Assembly: GCF_006345805.1 (NCBI RefSeq)
Contig: NW_021830101.1
Coordinates: 1 to 5,272 of the forward strand
Direction of reading: 5' to 3'
DNA: 5,272 nt
Source: Octopus sinensis
Lineage: Eukaryota
Position numbers and translations under genes: made by a program. The notes below the pieces were generated by a model. That model had not been told where the DNA came from. It saw nothing but the letters and a program-made list of their open reading frames with translations, and did no database searches. Below, piece after piece: positions 1 to 5,272 of the stretch. Every line of letters starts with the position of its first letter. The first letter of the stretch is position 1.

Positions 1-23
1 GTAGTGGAAACTGTTGAATAGCG

Positions 24-90
24 TTTGTGCTTTGTGTGGTTGACAAGTTTTGTGCTTTGGACAAGTTGTGGTGTTTTGACAAGTTGTGAT
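24..90. repeat. Degenerate 18-bp-period minisatellite (gacaagtt core)
   Basis: gacaagtt starts at 42, 60 and 78, an exact 18-bp spacing. The 11-mer tttgtgctttg occurs at 24-34 and 49-59. Confidence 0.7.
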
Positions 91-110
91 GCACCTGTGC
101 ACCACATTTC

Positions 111-140
111 ATTATTATTATTATTATTATTATTTATTAT
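111..140. repeat. (ATT)n microsatellite
   Basis: About 7-8 perfect ATT units from 111, then a degenerate tail. Confidence 0.9.
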
Positions 141-150
141 ATACACATAC

Positions 151-190
151 TTGTGTGGTGTATGGTGGTGTATGTGTGTGTGTATGTGTT
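151..190. repeat. (TG)/(TATG) low-complexity tract
   Basis: ttgtgtggtgtatggtggtgtatgtgtgtgtgtatgtgtt, directly 5' of the SINE body. It may be that SINE's internal microsatellite. Confidence 0.75.
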
Positions 191-472
191 TGTCTCTCTC
201 TACCGTGTGACAACTGATTTCGGTTCGTTAACATCCATGTAACATTGCGGTTCGGCAAAAGAAACCGATAGATTAAGTACTAGACTTAAGTAAAAACAAA
301 AAAGACATTTGTACTGGAGTCAATTTGTTCGTCTAAAAGCCTTTCAAGGTAGTGCACCAGTATGGCCGCAGTCCTGTAACGGAAACAAGTAAAAGGTAAT
401 GATCTAAAAGCCTTCAAGGTAGTGCACCAGTATGGCCGCAGTCCTGTAACGGAAACAAGTAAAAGATAATGA
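191..472 (+). mobile_element. 3' half of an octopus-type SINE ('family B' here) with a duplicated LINE-like tail
   Basis: The modules cgatagattaagtactag (266-283) and gtactggagtcaatttgttcgtct (311-334) match the reverse complement of the SINEs at 2365-3235. The tail ggtagtgcaccagtatggccgcagtc...gaaacaagtaaaag resembles my recollection of a common octopus SINE 3' end. No Pol III head is visible, and the element may extend left beyond base 1. Confidence 0.7.
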
Positions 473-479
473 TCTAAAA
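332..479 (+). repeat. Tandem duplication, 2 copies of 70-71 bp plus a 7-bp partial
   Basis: 332-402 and 403-472 differ only by one T (ctttc vs cttc) and one G/A (aaggtaat vs aagataat). tctaaaa starts at 332, 403 and 473. Confidence 0.95.
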
Positions 480-596
480 TAACGCCATGTTGATACGCAG
501 GTTAATAAAAGTACATGAGGCCAATGGGTTTCTCAAAAATGGCAACTCCAGCTCAAGTCCTCTGGAATTCTATACTCGCTCAGAGTCTTTATCTTT

Positions 597-627
597 TCTG
601 TTAGTCAGTCGCTCACCGACTAACAGA
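597..627. other. Inverted repeat / hairpin
   Basis: tctgttagtc (597-606) is the exact reverse complement of gactaacaga (618-627). The stem extends to 13 bp with one A-C mismatch, leaving a 5-nt loop (cgctc). Confidence 0.75.
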
Positions 628-914
628 TGTCGAAACTAAACGTAAACCTTGTTAATCTCATTAGCCCGGGATGACCTTCAAATCTCAGGAATACTACCTC
701 AACCTCTCTACTTCTCACTATCTTATTAAAACAAAAAAATTAAAAATGAATTGACTTAAACATTATTTATTAAATCTTATATTTTGGTTCTCCAAATAAC
801 TCTACATTTCTATTTTGAAATGATTCATGTGATTTTTATGCGGAAGAATAGCGAAGGAAGTTTGTAATTCTAAATCACGAAACATAACTGTTAGAGATTT
901 CAAATTGCTTAGTC

Positions 915-1077
915 AAGGGAGAAAAATAATGAAAAAAAAGAAAAGCAAATAGAAAAAAAGACAATAGAACAAGAGATAAAGGACGGGGTGGGGGGGGAAA
1001 ACCAAAGGACAGAATGAGTGAAAGAAAGGAAAAAGAAAAGAAAGAAAGAAAGAAGAAAGAAAATTTTCTTTTCCTTT
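915..1077. repeat. GA-rich low-complexity tract ending in a purine/pyrimidine inverted repeat
   Basis: Unbroken purine run 1020-1063 followed by ttttcttttccttt (1064-1077). Perfect 16-bp palindrome aaagaaaattttcttt at 1056-1071. Confidence 0.8.
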
Positions 1078-1218
1078 ACACTGAAGCCATTTCTTATGGA
1101 AATTACGCGAAAGATCATTTGTCTCCTACGTTTATTTATTTGCAACTGTTACCATAGTGATAAACAAGATTCTCCAATATCTGTTATATCTAACATTTCC
1201 ACTTGTTTATCTACTTTT

Positions 1219-1412
1219 TGTATGTATGCATAATGTATGTAATATATGTGGTTGGTATATATATATATATAATATATTAATATATATATATACATGTGTG
1301 TGTTATGTGTCTGTATTTGTGTGGAGGAGTTCTATGTATGTATTATATATATATATATTATATATACACACATACATATATATATACTCATGTGTATATA
1401 TATATATTATAT

Positions 1413-1456
<44 letters not shown>

Positions 1457-1578
1457 ATATATATAGATATATACATATATATATAATTATATTATATATT
1501 ATGGTTACACACATACATAAATGTATGTGTGTATTGGTATGTATATGTATACGCACACACGTGTATGCGTGTATAAAT
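1219..1578. repeat. Compound (TA)n/(TG)n/(CA)n microsatellite block
   Basis: Interrupted TA runs with TG/TATG/CATA segments. This explains the YI/IY-repeat ORFs. Confidence 0.95.
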
Positions 1579-1702
1579 TAATAGCTAGATTAACGTCATT
1601 TACATTACAGCTATAAATTTGGCCGTTTCTAAATCTTCAAGTAATGAATCGAATGCATTTTTTCATACTCAGTATGTACATCTGTGTAATTAGTGTGTTG
1701 TT

Positions 1703-1820
1703 TTGTGTATGTGTTGTATGTGCGTGGATATGTGTCAGTGTGAGTGTAGATATATATATATATATATATATATAGAATATATATAGATATAGATATATTA
1801 TATATTATATAGGTATATAT
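1703..1820. repeat. (TG)n to (TA)n microsatellite block
   Basis: TG-rich 1703-1750, pure (TA)12 at 1751-1774, then degenerate TA/TAGA. Confidence 0.9.
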
Positions 1821-1906
1821 TGGCAGGCTGGCCTGCTAGGTAGCCGCCAGAATGCTAGAAAAAGATCATCAACGATCAAACTACAAGGGGAATTCTCTAG
1901 AGGAAG

Positions 1907-1911
<5 letters not shown>

Positions 1912-1953
<42 letters not shown>

Positions 1954-2038
1954 TATATATATATATATATATATAACATATACATATGTACATATATATA
2001 TACATATACATACATATATATATATACATATGCGTATG

Positions 2039-2080
<42 letters not shown>

Positions 2081-2090
2081 CATATGTATG
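1912..2090. repeat. (TA)n/(TACA)n microsatellite block
   Basis: Pure (TA)20 at 1912-1951, followed by TA runs interrupted by CA and G. Confidence 0.95.
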
Positions 2091-2180
2091 TATTCAAGAG
2101 TCTAAGATATATATATTATATCCTTCTATATATAAATTATTTTACTCTGCTATGTATTGAGACCTTACTTACTTTGGTAT

Positions 2181-2181
2181 C

Positions 2182-2226
<45 letters not shown>

Positions 2227-2245
2227 TATCATATTATATATATAT
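2181..2245. repeat. (AT)n microsatellite
   Basis: Pure (AT)17 at 2188-2221 with degenerate flanks. Confidence 0.95.
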
Positions 2246-2364
2246 GAGTGTATGTCGTTTATTGACGTTGAGTGTACAAGACTGAAACCTTCCATGTTTC
2301 TCCTGCCAGCCTGTATGCTGACATTAAGATGGACCAGCTGAAATACTTGGGCACTTGCTTAAAG
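2246..2364 (+). pseudogene. Possible highly decayed LINE reverse-transcriptase fragment (RT domains 6-7)
   Basis: With two assumed 2-nt deletions it reads ECMSF(G)LTLSVQ(K)[27 protein letters not shown]. That resembles the RTE-clade pattern FGLTIS.KKTE...F.YLGS, but the spacing to YLG is short and the alignment needs manual frameshifts. Confidence 0.3.
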
Positions 2365-2559
2365 ATTCTTTCTACAGTAACGAAGGGAGATAGGCGATTG
2401 CATCAGCCCTAGTGCTCAATTGGTACTTGTTTTATCGACCCGAAATTTATAAAAGACAAAGTCGACCTCGGCTAAATTTGAAATCATTACATAAAAGCGG
2501 AGGAAATGCGGCGAAGCGTTTTATCCGGCGTGTAAACGATTCTGCCAGCTAGCGTCCTT
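2365..2559 (-). mobile_element. tRNA-derived SINE, family A, copy 1 (subfamily A1, most decayed)
   Basis: Collinear with copies 2-4 (gtgctcaattggtactt, tcgacccgaaa, aaagtcgacctcggc, atttgaaatc, aacgattctgccagct). The B-box on the minus strand is degraded. Confidence 0.85.
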
Positions 2560-2573
2560 GCTCGATTAAACAA

Positions 2574-2789
2574 TATTCATTTCAAATTTTGGCAGAAGAC
2601 CAGCAATTTAAGGGGAAGTGTAAGTCGGTTACATCGACTCCAGTGCTCAACTGGTACTTATTTCATCGATCCGAAAGGATGTAAGTCAAAGTTCACCTTG
2701 GGGGAATTTGAACTTAGAAAGTAAAGACGGACGAAATGCTACTAAGCATTTTGCCCCACGCGGTAACGATTCGACCAGCTCTCCGCCTT
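2574..2789 (-). mobile_element. tRNA-derived SINE, family A, copy 2 (subfamily A1)
   Basis: Same modules as the other copies. The minus-strand head reads aaggcggagagctggtcgaatcgttacc...taagttcaaattcc. It shares diagnostics with copy 1 (gtgctcaa, aacgattc, gaaatgc). Confidence 0.9.
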
Positions 2790-2804
2790 AAATATAAAAA
2801 TTCG

Positions 2805-3016
2805 TATTCTTTTCTTTTTTACTCTATGTCCGAAATTTTTGGAGAGAGGGCCAGTCGATTAGATTGACCCTAGTACGCAACAGGTACTTAATTTATCGAC
2901 CCCGAAAGGATGAAAGGCAAAGTCGACCTCGGCGGAATTTGAACTCAGAACATAAAGACAGACAAAATACTAAGCATTTCGCCCGGCGTGCTAACGTTTC
3001 TGCCAGCTCGCCGCTT
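2805..3016 (-). mobile_element. tRNA-derived SINE, family A, copy 3 (subfamily A2)
   Basis: Minus strand has an A-box-like tggcagaaacgttag (3005-2991) and a B-box gagttcaaattcc (2946-2934), then the body and an ...aaagaatac tail. Confidence 0.92.
2934..3005 (-). promoter_or_regulatory. Internal RNA Pol III type-2 promoter (A and B boxes) of SINE copy 3
   Basis: The B-box GTTCAAATTCC fits GTTCRAnnC. The A-box TGGCAGAAACG only loosely fits TRGCnnARYGG. Activity cannot be judged from sequence. Confidence 0.6.
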
Positions 3017-3018
3017 TT

Positions 3019-3235
3019 ATATTCTTTTCCACTCTAGGCACAAGGCAGAGAAGTTTTGGGAAAGGAGCCAGTCGATTTAGATCGACCCCAGTACGCAACT
3101 GGTACTTAATTTATCAACCCCGAAAGGATGAAAAGCAAGATCGACCTCGGAATTTGAACTTAGAACGTAAAGACAGACGATATACTGCTAAGCATTTCGC
3201 CCGGAGTGCTAACGTTTCAGCTAGCTCGACGCGTT
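3019..3235 (-). mobile_element. tRNA-derived SINE, family A, copy 4 (subfamily A2)
   Basis: Collinear with copy 3 and shares its diagnostics (gtacgcaac, ggtacttaattt, gacagac, agcatttcgcccgg, aacgtttc). Tail on the minus strand: ccttgtgcctagagtggaaaagaatat. Confidence 0.92.
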
Positions 3236-3317
3236 AGGTATAAAAATTCATATTACGATACTGAAAATGTAATTTTGATTTGCCTCTCCTGACAGTGCTG
3301 CTGAAGATGAATCCTAA

Positions 3318-3558
3318 TTACGGATCTGAGGTGCTATAGGGAATATACCGCTTGATTAGCAACACTTTCCGTGATACGGTTAGTGAAGGTCTCCTATCCT
3401 TCTTCATGTGTCCGATTGCTCCAATGTCCACTGATATTTTTTATTCTTCATATTCTACACCCTGTTGATTTCGATCGCCAGGTCTTTGTACTTGGTCAGC
3501 TTTCCTGTGACTTTCATGAAGATGTTTCTTTCGGAAAGTATTGCAACGTCATGAGCAT
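3318..3558 (-). pseudogene. Decayed C-terminal restriction-like endonuclease (RLE) region of an R4/Dong-like non-LTR retrotransposon
   Basis: The minus strand from 3550 reads DVAILSERNIFMKVTGKLTKYKDLAIEINRV*NMKNKK, then after a frameshift SVDIGAIGHMKK...taa (3320-3318). This matches the RLE-clade pattern IDVA.P.D.N...K..EK..KY.DL..EI.R.W......PVVIGALG. The conserved W codon has become TAG (3457-3455), and atg ctc at- gac suggests MLID with a 1-nt deletion. Confidence 0.8.
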
Positions 3559-4041
3559 CTACTGTGTACAGTTGTATTTAACACGTTCGTATCTACTCGG
3601 ACACAGAAAGACACACACATATGGTCGCTCAGGATTTTTTTTTTTTTAACTCTCGAAACAATTTCTGCATTAATATTTATCGAGTTATAAACAGAAAATG
3701 AAAATTTTAGGAAGAAACTGAGTGGTAGGTGTGTGTTTCTCTTCGATGAGCCCGTGCTCTCCACACCAATTCTAAAATGTTTTTTTGGGAAAGTTCCACT
3801 CAACTTTGCCATGGGCCGTGATTGGGAAACATTACTCTACCGCTCTTATAACATTCCACTGATCCTTATTCTACGAAAAGTAAGAGTGACGTGTGGGGGT
3901 CTAACGTGTGTGTATGTGTGTGAGGTATTGTGTCAAAGCAAGAAATCATGAAACCATTGCTGGATATAAAGTAATGTGTGCAGGAGGAGGGCAGGTAAAG
4001 GTCATAGGAGGAATGTCTTTCATCAGAAATGGTAATGGGAT

Positions 4042-4045
<4 letters not shown>

Positions 4046-4077
<32 letters not shown>

Positions 4078-4102
4078 CCAGCAGCAGCAGCAGCAGCGAC
4101 AA
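4046..4102. repeat. Compound trinucleotide microsatellite (CAA)10 CAC (CAG)6 CGA CAA
   Basis: Read directly from 4046-4102. Confidence 0.95.
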
Positions 4103-4149
4103 TAACAATGGCTTTTAACACAATCATAATGTCACCGCTTAGAAAGAGT

Positions 4150-4266
4150 AGGGACGTCGACTTAATGAGCTCTAACACTTGACTGGCAACACATATTTTT
4201 TTACTTTTGCTATTCACTTTGATAGAATGAAAGTTAAAGTTTATCATAGCAGGATTTGAACTCAGG
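4150..4266 (-). mobile_element. Old, decayed family A SINE fragment (copy 5)
   Basis: 4221-4265 aligns without gaps to copy 3 (gaaaggatg...atttgaactcag) at 33/45 identities. Upstream gtcgactt...cacttgactgg resembles the body module. Confidence 0.7.
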
Positions 4267-4422
4267 GTTTTATTCTTTCGATACAGCACGCTGCCGCCTC
4301 TACCTGCAACGGCCCTCACAAAAGTTAATGTCTCTTCGTCACAAAAGCCTTTGAAGAGAGTAAAAGAGAGTAAAATAAAGTAGACATGTTTATACAAACA
4401 TTCCTACCTACCCAGGTACATG

Positions 4423-4453
4423 CATACATACATACATATATACATACATACAT
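4423..4453. repeat. (CATA)n microsatellite
   Basis: catacatacatacatatatacatacatacat. Confidence 0.9.
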
Positions 4454-4830
4454 GAGGGCTGTCCACTTGGGACCGAGAAAGACCATCACTGACCACTGCA
4501 CTCCAGCAATAAAGCCCATGCAAAATGCCAGCGATGCCCGTGCAAAATTTTTGGTCCCAATAAAGCTTGTAAAACACCTCAGAGACCCTCTCCATTGATA
4601 CAATCTAGAGACAATCTAAGATAAGATATCTGGTGCCCAAATATCTGGTTCACAGGCTCAGGAATGTGGGAGTGCCAAGAACTCAAGCGCAAGCAAAAGA
4701 TCCCCCAACATTCTCAACGCCACTTCCTGCATATCTGGTTTCATATCAGAGTAACCTTCAAGCGATATACTTTAAAAAATATGAGGAGTGCCTCCTTCTC
4801 AGTGGTTTTCCAGCACACCGGACTCCAGTA

Positions 4831-5086
4831 GAGGCGCATGGCTTAGTGGTTTTAGTGTTGGACACATGATCGTAAGATTGTAGTTTTGATTCCTGGACCG
4901 GGTTACGCGTTGTATTCTTGAGGAAAACACTTCATTTCCCGTTGCTCCAGTCCACTCAGCTGGCAAAAATGAGTAATCCTGCGACGGATCAACATGCTGT
5001 CCAGATGGGGGAATATATACGCCATGGAAACCGGCCCTTATGAGTCGGCATGACACGAGAAAGTAACCTTTACCTTTGCCTTTTTT
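4831..5086 (+). mobile_element. tRNA-derived CORE-type SINE with an RTE/BovB-like tail
   Basis: A-box tggcttagtgg (4839-4849) and decayed B-box gttttgattcc (4883-4893). 4911-4977 aligns nearly gap-free to my recollection of the MIR CORE domain (tgtgaccttgggcaagtcacttaacctctctgtgcctcagtttcctcatctgtaaaatg). The tail gagtcggcatgacacgag...aacctttacctttg resembles BovB/Sauria-SINE ends. Flanked by a TSD. Confidence 0.85.
4839..4893 (+). promoter_or_regulatory. Pol III A box and decayed B box of the CORE-type SINE
   Basis: TGGCTTAGTGG fits TRGCnnAGYGG exactly. GTTTTGATTCC has 2 mismatches to GGTTCGAnTCC, one of them a CpG-type C>T, so it is probably inactive. Confidence 0.7.
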
Positions 5087-5272
5087 ACACCGGACCCCAA
5101 CATGGAATTTCTGAGTGCCTATGCTATTCCTAGATAGTTGTTGAACCTATGCTGGGCCCACTCGTCCTTTAGATAGGTCTTGTTTTTAGTCCTGCTGGGT
5201 TTCTAGCAACCCTTCTTTCCAGGTTAGTTTGGTGAGGGTGCCGGTTTAGTCACCGACGACCCGACCATGATG

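Larger units (their letters stand above)
2793..3254. repeat. Putative 16-bp TSD enclosing SINE copies 3+4
   Basis: tataaaaattcgtatt (2793-2808) and tataaaaattcatatt (3239-3254) match at 15/16 positions. The sequence is AT-rich, so chance is not fully excluded. Confidence 0.7.
4815..5102. repeat. 13-16 bp TSD flanking the CORE-type SINE
   Basis: acaccggactccagta (4815-4830) and acaccggaccccaaca (5087-5102) match at 12/13 over the first 13 bp and 13/16 overall. All mismatches are transitions. Confidence 0.85.
4719..5272 (-). mobile_element. Possible RTE-like LINE 5' relic (5' UTR plus start of APE endonuclease), interrupted by the SINE at 4831-5086
   Basis: After removing the SINE and one TSD copy, the minus strand reads IGT (5122-5114) QKFHVGVRC AGK (4814-4806) in one frame. 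Then, with frameshifts, KVYRLKVTLI (4773-4744) and ETRYAGSG (4742-4719). The order resembles RTE IGTWNVRTL..AGK...KRYRLDILGISETRW.GSG. WNV is not preserved, and downstream APE motifs are not convincingly found. Confidence 0.4.

Noticed and set aside
575-640. Hairpin followed by cgaaac as a hammerhead core
   Set aside because: There is no CUGANGA in the right position on either strand.
981-997. G-quadruplex (ggacggggtgggggggg)
   Set aside because: There are not enough separate G3 tracts for a canonical G4.
909-1233. K/R-rich (1018..1233) and F/S-rich (909..1145) ORFs
   Set aside because: They are products of the GA-rich low-complexity tract and its complement.
1157-2341. ORFs of 65-109 aa rich in YI/IY/CV repeats, on both strands
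   Set aside because: They are translations of (TA)n/(TG)n, which lack stop codons in most frames. No domain content.
2311-2370. Cytochrome P450 K-helix-like exon after the acceptor-like tctcctgccag
   Set aside because: The invariant ExxR is missing, the donor site is poor, and the 3' part is SINE tail.
2352-2578. Possible eroded TSD around SINE copy 1 (cttgcttaaagattc vs cttgctcgattaaacaatattc)
   Set aside because: It needs multiple indels in AT-rich sequence and overlaps the SINE ends.
2365-3235. CRISPR-like or satellite array; functional tRNA genes
   Set aside because: The units are about 200-bp diverged SINEs of two subfamilies, not short repeats with spacers. The heads have A/B boxes but I could not fold a cloverleaf.
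3298-3335. ctgaagatg + aatcc/ggat stem, resembling a Penelope-type hammerhead ribozyme
   Set aside because: The required GAAA after stem II is absent (ctgagg instead).
3371-3649. 92-aa plus-strand ORF
   Set aside because: It is the antisense frame of the RLE relic; the recognisable protein is on the minus strand.
3866-4397. PolyQ ORF 3908..4105, and polyL or polyA/V ORFs on the minus strand
   Set aside because: All arise from the one CAA/CAG microsatellite, and the flanking residues show no protein-like signal.
4500-4680. Plus-strand QRCPCKIFGP...LSIDTI*RQSKIRYL, reminiscent of the RTE post-RT region
   Set aside because: It needs several frameshifts, the motif spacing is off, and it conflicts with the minus-strand reading of the adjoining sequence. 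Left unresolved.
4626-4740. atatctggt occurring three times (4626, 4641, 4731)
   Set aside because: It is short and irregularly spaced, with no extended similarity between copies.
5160-5272. HDV-like ribozyme in the putative LINE 5' UTR (gggtt/aaccc stem followed by actaa on the minus strand)
   Set aside because: I could not assign P1/P2/P3/P1.1, and the region is cut by the window edge. A descriptor-based search on extended sequence would be needed.

Overview
This is AT-rich, repeat-dense, non-coding eukaryotic DNA. The SINE families and the (TA)n/(CAA)n load resemble my recollection of octopus (cephalopod) genomes; that is inference, not a database result. I find no intact protein-coding gene: most ORF-track entries are read-throughs of simple repeats, and the rest are chance or antisense frames over repeat relics. 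The window holds: (i) the 3' half of a plus-strand SINE with a recent 70-71 bp tandem duplication of its tail; (ii) about 1 kb of TA/TG microsatellites; (iii) four head-to-tail minus-strand tRNA-derived SINEs from two subfamilies, the last two enclosed by one 16-bp target-site duplication (TSD), plus a fifth decayed copy; (iv) a frameshifted restriction-like-endonuclease relic of an R4/Dong-type non-LTR retrotransposon that the ORF track misses; (v) a CORE-type SINE with an RTE-like tail and a 13-16 bp TSD, inserted into what may be the 5' end of an RTE-like LINE. I see no convincing new biological system. The best leads are a possibly co-mobilised SINE dimer and possible insertion targeting just upstream of existing Pol III SINE promoters.
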